Shown here: in pieces, positions 1 to 9,994 of the stretch
How the letters are laid out: each line of letters opens with the position of its first letter
Position numbering within the stretch: the first letter of the stretch is position 1
Source: Bacteroidales bacterium
GTDB taxonomy: Bacteria > Bacteroidota > Bacteroidia > Bacteroidales > VadinHA17
Direction of reading: 5' to 3'
DNA: 64,000 nt
Assembly (NCBI GenBank): GCA_017882305.1
Contig: JADGPU010000003.1
Location: 1,006 to 65,005 of the forward strand
Notes under the pieces: generated by a model
Told to the model about the DNA's origin: nothing
Seen by the model: only the letters and a program-made list of their open reading frames with translations
The model's database searches: none
Program-made: the position numbers and the translations under genes

Positions 1-3000
1 ATAAAGTTTGATCTAATCCAGCATTGGATGTAGTTGGAACAGCATATACCGGAATGGAACTGGCGTCAACAACACCTATTAAAGTACCATTATTATAAGT
101 AAAGTCAGTAAGCTTATATATTCCGGGAGCAGGTGTTGGTAAGGTGTATGGAACTGAAGTTACAGTAACGGGTACCTGCGCTGTTCCATTAACAGTATAA
201 CTAAGTACATAATTAAAAGGAATTGAGAATGGAGCTGTGAATGTTACCGGTATTCCGGCAGCACCACAGACCGGTCCAACAGGTGAAAGTTTAGCTCTTG
301 GTTTCAGATCAGTAATCGAGCCCAAAGTATAATTTCCTGAAGCAGAATATGTCACTAAACCTAATGATGTAGCAGTCCCATTGGAATTATTCCCGGATGC
401 AGAGGTCGGTATTTCCTCCCAACTACTAGTTCCGGTATTATAATGAGCTAATCTGATATTGGATAAACCTCCGGTAATAAGAGGTGTGACATCACTAGTC
501 GGGATCCAGTTAATATTAAGTATAGACTGACTACCCGCGATTGTTGATATGTTATAATATTCCTGAGCACTTACTCCCAGAAGAGGTGCAGATACACTAC
601 TTGAAGTACCATTGGGGCTTTTGTACTCAGCCGACCATAACAATGGTCCTGATTGAGTGGATGAAAGCTTAAGATTATTGCCCAGTATATTACCGGGTCC
701 TGCAATAAAAATCCCAATCGGGAAGAGGAAATTGTCGTATTGACTGATTTTCTTTACAAGCGGCCCATCCACAAAAGAATTTGCACTTCCTCCAGCAGGA
801 AACACGCAATTAATATTAGCATTAGTTATTGTAAGTTTTCTGCTGGATGCGGTGTTAATTAATCCGTTAGTTAACAACAAATTACCGGTGACATCTATGG
901 CTCCGGTATCATTTATCCTAAGTCCTGCACTATTATTAATTTCAAAGTTATTAAAAGCATTAGTCCCTGTGAAATCTCCTAATACTCCACCAATAGTCTG
1001 AGATCCGGAACCTGCAAAAGTAACTGTGGCACCTGCGCCGCTCCCACTTATAAAGGACCCAGACAGGCGACTCATAGTGCCCTGAATAGTAAGCTTTTTA
1101 TTATAGACACTGTTATCGAGTGTTGGACCATTTATGATAAGTTGATTGCAAATAGTCAGATCCTTATTGGGTAAAACCCGGCTTCCAGTTCCTGAAAAAA
1201 CAATATTTGGTATATTGTCGTAGAGATCGGCAATTATTGTGTAGGTCCCTGTACCTCCATATTCAACTGTACCGTTATTAGCACAACTTAAAAATGCGGT
1301 GAAAACACCAGCCGGGAAAGAACCATTTTCGAGATATAGTGTACCACTACCATCTACTGTACCAAGGTTATGCCCATAGAATGAGGAAGTAATTTTAAGT
1401 TCATTATTTAAAGTTGTCCGATAAGCAGAACAAAAATTTGCATCTAGTGTAACTATGTGATTAACAATGACAATAAAGCCATTTGGTCCTCCGGGTGGAC
1501 ATGGGTAAGGATCTCCACCTGTTTGTGTCCATATAGCCGGGTTTGTCCAGTTTCCGTCAGAATTACTGGTGTAGATCGGAACATTACCCGGGAAAGATGA
1601 AGGGGTACCTGCCGTATATTCGCCACTTAGATTGTTGGATGTGATATAGTTGAATGTTATTGTGTTTGCAGCAGGAGCTACTCCCAGTGTTTGACTCCAG
1701 GTGGTTCCCGGAACCAACAACCTTGCTGCCAGATAATTCGCCTCATCACCAACAACGTCTCCCTGTAAATAATTAAGTAATAAAGTTCCGGAAAATCCGG
1801 TGATACCTGAACTCTGGACTTCCCAATAATAGGCCAATGCATTCGAAGGATCAAGAACTGCAGGATGCCTGCTGTTAATATTATTTATACGTACGTATCC
1901 AACAGTATTACTGGCTGTAACAGTTAACAATGCCGGAGTATATTTACCTGATGTTCCAATCGGATAGAGAAATGAAGTCGCACCCGGATTAAAGAACTTT
2001 CTAAGTCCGACATTACTGAAGACGCCATCGGACGTTATCATTTTTGAGGCGCTAAACGGGGCACCCTGAATATTACTATTCACACCAAGAGTAACAAGGT
2101 TTTTCTTAATATCGAGTATACCAGCAGTCATTGTCAGATCTTCCTGCAGGGTAATATTGTTTTCAACCCTGGCACCTGCAGCATTATTCAATGTTAACCT
2201 TGAATATGCACCGGTTCCGACAATTTCCTGCAAGACTGTCCCGTTTAGGATCAAACCACTACCAACAGTATTATTATCCGTATAACTGGCATCATTCTCA
2301 AAATTCCCTGTTAAAGAAACAGCATTGCCTCCAAGGATGAAATTACCTGAGCTAAGTGTCAGGTTATTGTTTACAGTTGAGGAGTTAGCCAGTGTAAGTG
2401 ATGTACCCGGATTTACTATTAAATCGTAGAAATTAGTGGCACCCGTTATAGTTTGTGCACCTGCGAATGAAGATCCATTTGTTGCGCTGAATGTAGTAAG
2501 GTTTGTTCCATACACGTATCCAGCAACTCCGGGAATATTAATCAAATTACCATTAAAAGTTATATTGATGTTGTTTGAATTCAATATACTATTAGCATTA
2601 ATTGTCATATTTCCATTAAGTATCAGGGGGCTTGTTAAAAGCCTAACTGTCGCATAGTTAGCAGCACTTGTTCCTGTAATTGTGAGATTGTTTAATGGTA
2701 TATTAGCATCTAAGAAATAGTTTTGTGGAATAGCCAGCCCTCCCTGAGAGAAGACAATTGTTCCACCTGTAACTGAGCTTGTTTCAGGTCTTATATACAA
2801 ATCGCCAAAAGGTGAAGATGGTGTAGTTGTGGCTCCATTTCCACGAATAATAGTTAAGGTACCATTAGACATTGTGAAGTCACTTCCACTATTTGTGACT
2901 TCGAATTTGGCATTTGTGGCATTTGAATTTTGTCCATTTACAGTCACAGTACCCCCACTCTGTGAATATTTTAAAATTCCACCGGCATTTAACGGATTTC

Positions 3001-6000
3001 GTCTTATTTGTCCATTGACCACTAAGCTTCCACCCTGAACATCTATTGCAGAAGCTCCGCTACTGGTATATTCAATATCGTTTGCAAAAGCAGGAGATGC
3101 TATTGGACCTATATAAACATTACCATTAATAATTGTTAATTTGCCACTCAATAATAAATCTCCGGTAGTATTGGCTGCATTTCCTATAAGAATGTTTCTA
3201 TTGCCGCTATTACTTGGCAGGTTTACCAGTAAACCTGATGTAGCAGGAATTGCAAAAGGGGTAGTTGTTGAAATTGCAAAATCTGAAGCCGGGTTGGTAC
3301 GCATATAACGAAGGGTACCATTCTGCAAAGTTAACCAGTTGTCGGTAAGAGTATTTAAGGTTCCCGCAATATCTAGTGTAAGAGTAGTGACCTGTGATGT
3401 TCCTTTGTTAACGGTTACAGTACTAAAAACTGTCAACGGATTACCTGCAGTATTTGTAATACTTGCTGAATTAGAACCGAAAAATGTAACCGGTATGCCG
3501 GTAAAATCTACTTTTGAAGTTGTCGTCAGTCCATGAGTAAGGCCATCTGTATTATTAATGAGGCTTCCCCCAATGGCCATGCTTTGATTGGTAGCACCTC
3601 CCCATACATATAACGCTGATAATGTAGCTACTTTAACATTACCATTAACTACAAAGTTCTGTGCCAAAGCGCCATTCCCATACCAAATTAGTCCCCCTCC
3701 CTGAATATCTAAATTTCCATTGATTGTAATCGTTTTAGCAATTACAGGATTAGGTGGTGTGGGATAATTAATATTCCATGTCGGACAAAACCATGAGTCG
3801 GCATTCTGCCCCCTGGTAATGAGATTACCATAAATTGTCAAGTTGTTATTGGGGAAAATGATATTTGAACCTCCGAGTGGAGACAATATCAGATTACCAA
3901 ATGATGATATACCATTTGGCAGCCAATAGGTTGTCCCGGCAGCCGGATTTGTCGAATAAAGTTCGGTTGTCCCCAGGTTCACATTAAAATCTGAAAAGTC
4001 TCCTGAAGGAAAGGTGTACGTACTTTGGTCATTCCAGGACGTTGTCAATCTGAAATTCCCGTTGCCACCAACGCTATTCAGCACCATCCCAAAACTCGAG
4101 GCAGGATTATACCCTATATCAAGAGCGGACCCTTTTTCAATCTTTAAACTGGCGCAACTTCTGACATCTGTATTGGGGATTGTATTGGTTGTTGCCAGAT
4201 ACACAGAATCCAGAGCTCCGATAATTACAATGTCGCTGGCGCCCGGAACTGAAGCTGCCGGAGCACCCGTGTGTTGTAAAACTGCATCAGTTGACCAGGT
4301 GTTTACATTGCTCCAGAGTCCACTGCCGGCCCCTGCTCCATTTATTCTGCTATAATATATCGTAGGCACTCCAAACGGGTTGACAGGATTATCATCACCA
4401 GCCGTATAATCACCATCAATAAATGCTACATTTTCAAGGAAATTTCCTGGCCCTGGTTCACCGATTATATTACTAGTTTCATCAACATCAGCAGATGTTC
4501 CTCTGGTCCATGTATTCGTGGATACATTAAAACGAGCTGCTACATATTCGTCTTCGGTTATCCCCGCCCCTGTAACAACATTAACCTGAGCATATGTGTA
4601 TCCATGAGTAATTGTTGCACCACCTAAAGTAAAACCTGAAGATTTTACACGCCAGAAATAGGTGAGACTCCTTCCGGGAGTGGTGACATTTGGATGGGCA
4701 AAATTAACAGGTATTACAGTTATTGATCCATAGGCTGTCGGAGCAGAGCTAAGACCAATTGCCCCCGGTGTATAATTTACAACACCAACCGGGAAATTGA
4801 AAGTACCCGGAGACGAATATACCTTTGTCAAGCCTCCGTCACCAGCGTTTCCTGCTGATTTAATGTACCTTAAAGGACCTCCATTTACAATGGCTGAAGT
4901 AGAATTAAGTTTTACATTGTAAGTATTTATATTAAACAGTTTATCCTGCGAAAAAGTAAGTAGTCCATTCAAAGTTATATTTGCTAACAAAGACACCGGA
5001 GAGATTGCAGCATTTGTATTATTAAGTTCAAGGTTTCCGAAGATACCGTTCCCATCAATAGTTTGAGTCAGAGTTCCATTCAGTGACACTTTCCCTGTTC
5101 CTGCATGAATACCTGAATTAAATATATTTCCAGCTATATTGATAGTTTTTCCATTATCATTCATTGTCCCCAGAACCATGCTGAAATTTCCTGCAACATT
5201 TATTATGGATTGGGTTCCTGCCAGATTTAAGGCAACTCCTGCAGTCTTATTTATAGACAGATTATTAACCATCTGAGGAGCTGCCTGATTTATCGTAAAT
5301 GTCTGATCGGCAGTTCCGTTAAAAATAGTGGTGTTAGTTCCCGTTGAATATGTAGTTCCGGCGGCAAGAGAAAAATTACCACCCACAGTAACGTTCAGAT
5401 TGTTTGCCAGAATATCTCCTGAAGTGACAGTAAAATTGTTGAGCACAACTAAAGGATTGGAATTCAACTGAACTGAAGTGGCACCACTCACCCTGTTGAT
5501 AATTAGATTATTAAATGCGGCAGTACTATTTACAAAATAATTTGCATCTGCGAGTGCAGTGCCAGTAGTTGGAAAAATCTGTACTGTTCCACCAGTCACA
5601 TTGATATTTGAAACCGGACAATTAATAAGAAGTGCGAGAGGGGTCGCCGTGGCATTACATACATCATAAACAGATAAATTACCACCCGACATTATGAAAG
5701 AATTTGAAACATTGCTGTTGATACTGAAAGAACCTACCCCAATAGCAGGATCAATGCCATCTGTTACCCGTGAAGTATTCATCGCAGGATTAGCAAGATC
5801 AGCAGGAACTGCATAGTTTATTGTGTTATTAAAACGACCCCTTACAATTAAATTTCCACCATTCTGAACATAAGAGATTAAGCCAAGAGCTCCTCCTTCA
5901 GGATTATGGAATTGCTTGGTATCCACTGTACCACCATTCAGAATAAATTGTCCGGGAGCATAACTCCAATAAAGCAATCCTGAAGATTCGCGGGTTGAAA

Positions 6001-9000
6001 GATAACCGTTATTAATCTGAAGTTTACCAAGAATGGAAAGGCCACTGAAACCTCCTGAAGCATTAATACCATAGGCGGCATTTGAACCTCCTGCAAGTCC
6101 ATAAGCGGCATTTACTTCAGTATAATCATCAGTAGTTGAAAGCACAATCACTCCTGCACCATCGAGTATCAATGCACCATTTGAAGGGATAAAAAAGTCA
6201 CTCTGATAAGCGCCCGCTGTATTCCCTTCAGAAAGTGATGGTATAGCCACTAATCCCTGCAGATCAAGTGTTCCGTTTTTAATCCACAATGCTTTTTTAA
6301 GGTTAGGATTGCCTGCAGGACTGGCAGGCAGCGTAATACTCCCGTCAGAAGTATTCGCACCGAATAATCTGAAATTGTTGTAAGCTGAGGAATTAACAAA
6401 AAGCTTAAATGTCTGATCAGTACCTTTATCAAGTACCAGATTGTAAAAATCTGTTATGCCATTACAGGTTAATGTATTATCGGATAATCCCTGAAAATAT
6501 ACCGTGGCAAAGCCATTGGCGGGAAATGCATTATATACAGGATTTGACAGGTTTGAGAACCTGACAATACCATTGTTAGTAAAATTTCCATATATCTGTA
6601 TCCTGTGAGAATTAAGCTCATAATAATTCAGGAAGAGACCTGTATTTCCGGTAATAGATGGAATTGGACCTGCACTGGTCCTGGTAAGCCCGGATCCAAT
6701 TGCTATTAAACCCGTATTATCAACTGTAACATCTCCATTGATAATAAGTTTCAACCTTCTTGGTGTTGCGTCATTAATCTGAAATGTTCCAACTTTCACA
6801 TTCAGATTGCCGTTCAGTGTTAAATCAGTTACCTGGACTGAAGTACCAGCTATAGTTCTGATTGTAAGGTTATAATAAGTTGCCTGAGTGGCTGACATTG
6901 GTCCATTATAATTATACTCAGTAGTTCCACCATCAGTTGTGACAAAAGTATTTATAACAGCTGATGGAAAACTGGATGATGCCAGTTTAAGAGTTCCGGC
7001 ACCTCTGAGGGCCGCTAACTGGCTGCCAAAACTCCATGTTGTCAGATCAAGTATTCCTCCATTGTTTATAGTAATGTCAAGGTTTTGTGTGAAATTATCT
7101 GCCTGAAGTGAAACTGTACGTCCTGACAAAATAACTACTTGATCATTCTGCCCGGGTACTTGTGTTCCGGGTCCGGTTGTGCCTCCCGGATCGAAAGTCC
7201 ATGTACTTGCAATGTCCCAGAACCCGGATTGATATGAATAGAATGTACTTGGCGACCCTACTGTCCAAAATCCTGTAATTGTTGCACTTCCGGTTGATGT
7301 TGAAGGGTTTGAACCTGGTAAAGAAGGTCCTGTGGCCAGGGCCCAGCTACCCGAACTGTTTGTATACGGTTGAAATAACAACGAATTCCCAACCACCTCG
7401 CCAGGATTGAATTGAAATGAAAGTACTGTAGATGCCTGGGTTGTTATATTAGTAGCATTTAGATCCCAGTACTTATTTATACTGTTGGTTACTATATTTA
7501 AATTGGATGGAACTGCCCTAACTGAAATGCTTCTGACAGCGGCTGCAATTATTGGCAAGTTAGATATAACCAATGGATTATAAAAACCACCACTTCCCAC
7601 CGGATAGGTAAGATTAAAGCTCTGGTTTGTAACATTTCCTGAACGTATAAGGTGACCAGCTCCACCGGTTTCAATCATTTTTGTAACATCAAAGGGAACT
7701 CCGGCTATTGGTGTGGTATTAGTAATAGTCAAATCATTATCGCCCAGATGTAAAACACCTGCCGTAAGAGTAAGTGTTCCGTTTATTAAGGCGTTGTTTA
7801 CCAGTGTTGCGCCATTGGCATCGTTAAGAACAACATTTTGGAAGCTGCCTGTTCCGGAAATATTATGTGTAACCGCACCGCCTGTCAACGTAATACTACC
7901 CGCTCCGGTATGAGTTCCATTATTAACAACATTGCCTTTCACCTGCAACGCAAAACCACCATCAGCCAATGTTCCTGCTGACAACGTTAAATCTCCATTT
8001 ACTGTGGTTGCTCCGGCTAATGTCTTTGTTCCTGAGATATCAGTAACTAAATTGTAATATGCTACTGTTGGTACTTTTATTGTCTGTACTCCTGCAAAAT
8101 TATATGTTACCGTGTTTCCATTTGCGTCAGCAGTTAATGTTGTAATCCCTAAAGCACCCGTAAAACCAAGATTCAGGGTAGCATTTGGAGCTTGTGTTAA
8201 CCCTCCGGTTCCTCCCAGTGCTGTATTAATTGTCAATGAATTATTATTGGTTAATGTAACCCCTGTTACTGTTACACTCGGCATAATGAATGTACCGGTT
8301 AATGCCTGGGAGTTTGTATTAAATGTCTGTACTCCAGTTCCTGCTGTAAATGTCCCGTTGTTGGTTATTCCTCCATTGAATATTACTGTTGCATTGATTG
8401 AATTGTTCCATGTGCCATTTGCCCCTACTGTCACTAAACCTGTAAACGTTCTTGTAACTGCTGCATCTGCAATAGTTATTGTTCCAGTTGTTGCTCCGTT
8501 TCCAATAGTGGTTGCACCATTTACTATAAAAGCTGTAGTAAATGTGTTTAGGGTAAGTGTTCCTTGTGTGATTGTTAAATTTCCACTTATGGTAGTTGTT
8601 CCTGTTCCTGTAATAGTAGCTCCATTTACATCATCTAATTCGAGATTCCCGAATGTACTTGTGGCACCATTAATCACATGTACTCCAGCTCCTCCTGTAA
8701 GATATATCCTACCCGTTCCTGAGTGCGTTCCGCTGTTGGTTATATTCCCTTGAACATTGATTGTATTGCCATTATCGGCTAAGGTATTGTTTACGGTATT
8801 TATAAGAGTACCTGATATGGTTGTAGCCGTTGTGATAGTCTGAAATGTAATATTTACTGCAGTGGCTGCCGTTCCATTGCCCAAAGCAAGAGAAAGACCG
8901 CTATTTATATTAAAGGCCACCAAAGCATTGATGTTATTTATTGTAATTGTTGTTGCGCCTGTTCCGGTTAATGTGACATTAGCAGTTCCTCCAATACTTA

Positions 9001-9340
9001 TAGAATTGAGGCTGATAGAGGGAACATTGGATATTGTTCCTGCAACAGATAAGTTTATGATCACATCATCACCAGGGGCTGGTACAGTACCTCCCGACCA
9101 GTTTATACCTACGTTCCATGCTCCAGCTCCTGCTAATGCCCATGTCTTTGTTGCAGCAGATGAAAGACTGTATAATAATGTTAAAAACATTATCATCAAT
9201 GCACATTTTCGTACCAAACTCTGCTTAAACTTATTGCGTTTATTATTTCCTTCCTGAATATCTGACTTTTCTGAAACCAGGAACACAGGAAGCTTAAATA
9301 GCCCCAATAACAGTTCATTAACAAGATTTTTACGTATCAT
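1..9340 (-). CDS. giant repetitive cell-surface protein (adhesin-like, beta-helix-type Asn/Gly/Thr-rich repeats); N-terminus complete, C-terminus beyond the left window edge; possible T9SS cargo
   Basis: ATG at 9340 (reverse complement of cat at 9338-9340). Hand translation of the start gives MIRKNLVNELLLGLFKLPVFLVSEKSDIQEGNNKRNKFKQSLVRKCALMIMFLTLLYSLSSAATKTWALAGAGAWNVGINWSGGTVPAPGDDV. The same frame (first codon positions = 1 mod 3) gave sensible, stop-free peptide at every spot I translated: near 7500, 7260, 7200, 4680, 4560, 4320, 1860, 1740, 1560 and 300-1. The track lists no minus-strand ORF in this frame, so there is no stop before position 1. Alternative starts at 9196/9190 (MIMFL) lie directly before the hydrophobic signal-like segment. 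Confidence 0.85.
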   Translation of the reverse strand, partial: MIRKNLVNELLLGLFKLPVFLVSEKSDIQEGNNKRNKFKQSLVRKCALMIMFLTLLYSLSSAATKTWALAGAGAWNVGINWSGGTVPAPGDDVIINLSVAGTISNVPSISLNSISIGGTANVTLTGTGATTITINNINALVAFNINSGLSLALGNGTAATAVNITFQTITTATTISGTLINTVNNTLADNGNTINVQGNITNSGTHSGTGRIYLTGGAGVHVINGATSTFGNLELDDVNGATITGTGTTTISGNLTITQGTLTLNTFTTAFIVNGATTIGNGATTGTITIADAAVTRTFTGLVTVGANGTWNNSINATVIFNGGITNNGTFTAGTGVQTFNTNSQALTGTFIMPSVTVTGVTLTNNNSLTINTALGGTGGLTQAPNATLNLGFTGALGITTLTADANGNTVTYNFAGVQTIKVPTVAYYNLVTDISGTKTLAGATTVNGDLTLSAGTLADGGFALQVKGNVVNNGTHTGAGSITLTGGAVTHNISGTGSFQNVVLNDANGATLVNNALINGTLTLTAGVLHLGDNDLTITNTTPIAGVPFDVTKMIETGGAGHLIRSGNVTNQSFNLTYPVGSGGFYNPLVISNLPIIAAAVRSISVRAVPSNLNIVTNSINKYWDLNATNITTQASTVLSFQFNPGEVVGNSLLFQPYTNSSGSWALATGPSLPGSNPSTSTGSATITGFWTVGSPSTFYSYQSGFWDIASTWTFDPGGTTGPGTQVPGQNDQVVILSGRTVSLQADNFTQNLDITINNGGILDLTTWSFGSQLAALRGAGTLKLASSSFPSAVINTFVTTDGGTTEYNYNGPMSATQATYYNLTIRTIAGTSVQVTDLTLNGNLNVKVGTFQINDATPRRLKLIINGDVTVDNTGLIAIGSGLTRTSAGPIPSITGNTGLFLNYYELNSHRIQIYGNFTNNGIVRFSNLSNPVYNAFPANGFATVYFQGLSDNTLTCNGITDFYNLVLDKGTDQTFKLFVNSSAYNNFRLFGANTSDGSITLPASPAGNPNLKKALWIKNGTLDLQGLVAIPSLSEGNTAGAYQSDFFIPSNGALILDGAGVIVLSTTDDYTEVNAAYGLAGGSNAAYGINASGGFSGLSILGKLQINNGYLSTRESSGLLYWSYAPGQFILNGGTVDTKQFHNPEGGALGLISYVQNGGNLIVRGRFNNTINYAVPADLANPAMNTSRVTDGIDPAIGVGSFSINSNVSNSFIMSGGNLSVYDVCNATATPLALLINCPVSNINVTGGTVQIFPTTGTALADANYFVNSTAAFNNLIINRVSGATSVQLNSNPLVVLNNFTVTSGDILANNLNVTVGGNFSLAAGTTYSTGTNTTIFNGTADQTFTINQAAPQMVNNLSINKTAGVALNLAGTQSIINVAGNFSMVLGTMNDNGKTINIAGNIFNSGIHAGTGKVSLNGTLTQTIDGNGIFGNLELNNTNAAISPVSLLANITLNGLLTFSQDKLFNINTYNVKLNSTSAIVNGGPLRYIKSAGNAGDGGLTKVYSSPGTFNFPVGVVNYTPGAIGLSSAPTAYGSITVIPVNFAHPNVTTPGRSLTYFWRVKSSGFTLGGATITHGYTYAQVNVVTGAGITEDEYVAARFNVSTNTWTRGTSADVDETSNIIGEPGPGNFLENVAFIDGDYTAGDDNPVNPFGVPTIYYSRINGAGAGSGLWSNVNTWSTDAVLQHTGAPAASVPGASDIVIIGALDSVYLATTNTIPNTDVRSCASLKIEKGSALDIGYNPASSFGMVLNSVGGNGNFRLTTSWNDQSTYTFPSGDFSDFNVNLGTTELYSTNPAAGTTYWLPNGISSFGNLILSPLGGSNIIFPNNNLTIYGNLITRGQNADSWFCPTWNINYPTPPNPVIAKTITINGNLDIQGGGLIWYGNGALAQNFVVNGNVKVATLSALYVWGGATNQSMAIGGSLINNTDGLTHGLTTTSKVDFTGIPVTFFGSNSASITNTAGNPLTVFSTVTVNKGTSQVTTLTLDIAGTLNTLTDNWLTLQNGTLRYMRTNPASDFAISTTTPFAIPATSGLLVNLPSNSGNRNILIGNAANTTGDLLLSGKLTIINGNVYIGPIASPAFANDIEYTSSGASAIDVQGGSLVVNGQIRRNPLNAGGILKYSQSGGTVTVNGQNSNATNAKFEVTNSGSDFTMSNGTLTIIRGNGATTTPSSPFGDLYIRPETSSVTGGTIVFSQGGLAIPQNYFLDANIPLNNLTITGTSAANYATVRLLTSPLILNGNMTINANSILNSNNINITFNGNLINIPGVAGYVYGTNLTTFSATNGSSFAGAQTITGATNFYDLIVNPGTSLTLANSSTVNNNLTLSSGNFILGGNAVSLTGNFENDASYTDNNTVGSGLILNGTVLQEIVGTGAYSRLTLNNAAGARVENNITLQEDLTMTAGILDIKKNLVTLGVNSNIQGAPFSASKMITSDGVFSNVGLRKFFNPGATSFLYPIGTSGKYTPALLTVTASNTVGYVRINNINSRHPAVLDPSNALAYYWEVQSSGITGFSGTLLLNYLQGDVVGDEANYLAARLLVPGTTWSQTLGVAPAANTITFNYITSNNLSGEYTAGTPSSFPGNVPIYTSNSDGNWTNPAIWTQTGGDPYPCPPGGPNGFIVIVNHIVTLDANFCSAYRTTLNNELKITSSFYGHNLGTVDGSGTLYLENGSFPAGVFTAFLSCANNGTVEYGGTGTYTIIADLYDNIPNIVFSGTGSRVLPNKDLTICNQLIINGPTLDNSVYNKKLTIQGTMSRLSGSFISGSGAGATVTFAGSGSQTIGGVLGDFTGTNAFNNFEINNSAGLRINDTGAIDVTGNLLLTNGLINTASSRKLTITNANINCVFPAGGSANSFVDGPLVKKISQYDNFLFPIGIFIAGPGNILGNNLKLSSTQSGPLLWSAEYKSPNGTSSSVSAPLLGVSAQEYYNISTIAGSQSILNINWIPTSDVTPLITGGLSNIRLAHYNTGTSSWEEIPTSASGNNSNGTATSLGLVTYSASGNYTLGSITDLKPRAKLSPVGPVCGAAGIPVTFTAPFSIPFNYVLSYTVNGTAQVPVTVTSVPYTLPTPAPGIYKLTDFTYNNGTLIGVVDASSIPVYAVPTTSNAGLDQTL

Positions 9341-9777
9341 ATCGATCAGGTTCAGTTATATCTATCTCAAATATATTCTTCTATGTATCAAACAAATACG
9401 ACTCATAAGGTTATAGTCTTCCCCTCTAAGCCACAGGTCTAGTAACTCAACTACTTTCAATAGCGAATGTAATCATTTTTTATTCACTTGTATCTGTCTC
9501 TTATAATGTGTTTTCAACATATTAAAAAGATTTATTATCATACTTGTAAGTTACTTAATAATCTCTGACAGATGACACTAAATATTTGATTATTGGTTGC
9601 ATACTGAATTATCAATCGATGTGAAATCAGGAGTTTTTTTTGACTAAACCACTTATTAATTGCTTGAACACTTGAAATCGTTTGACAAATCCAAATTTAT
9701 TTAATCATGATTTAGTTTGTAATCCCTGTAAGTATCCTATGCCATCAATTGGGTCGCTAATATTATTTTAATAATCT

Positions 9778-9808
9778 TTTGCAGAAATGAAAATGTAATC
9801 TATATTTG
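9778..9808 (+). promoter_or_regulatory. candidate Bacteroidota sigma-A promoter for tRNA-Val (TTTG -33 box and TATATTTG -7 box)
   Basis: TTTG at 9778-9781 and TATATTTG at 9801-9808 (matches TAnnTTTG) are separated by 19 bp. The -7 box ends 13 nt before the tRNA 5' end at 9822. Confidence 0.5.
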
Positions 9809-9821
9809 CACTCTCTTTTCA

Positions 9822-9896
9822 GGGGGATTAGCTCAGCTGGTTCAGAGCATCTGCCTTACAAGCAGAGGGTCGGGGGTTCGAATCCCTCATCCCCCA
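9822..9896 (+). tRNA. tRNA-Val (anticodon TAC)
   Basis: A 75-nt cloverleaf folded by hand. Acceptor GGGGGAT/ATCCCCC, D arm GCTC-AGCTGGTTCA-GAGC, anticodon stem TCTGC/GCAGA with loop CTTACAA (anticodon TAC), variable GGGTC, T arm GGGGG-TTCGAAT-CCCTC, discriminator A. No CCA is encoded. Confidence 0.93.
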
Positions 9897-9994
9897 CAAG
9901 GTTTCCTGTAGGTCTGAAAAGCATAATTTTATAGCCCTTTATACCCCCTCTTTTAAAGAAACCAGATGTTAATTTAAGTGCATCAAAATAATTA

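Noticed and set aside
6250-6432. Minus-strand 60-aa ORF inside the giant gene.
   Set aside because: It is in a different frame (its start position is 0 mod 3) from the continuous giant frame (1 mod 3). It is short and has no recognisable features.
2436-9257. Plus-strand ORFs listed in the track inside the first 9.3 kb (for example 8112..8753 at 213 aa, 8862..9257 at 131 aa, 4014..4355 at 113 aa, 2436..2657, 2829..3038, 3339..3536, 7713..7913).
   Set aside because: They are low-complexity Val/Pro/Phe-rich translations, typical of the antisense strand of an Asn/Gly/Thr-rich repeat gene. They have no signal or domain motifs and are fully contained in the giant minus-strand ORF.
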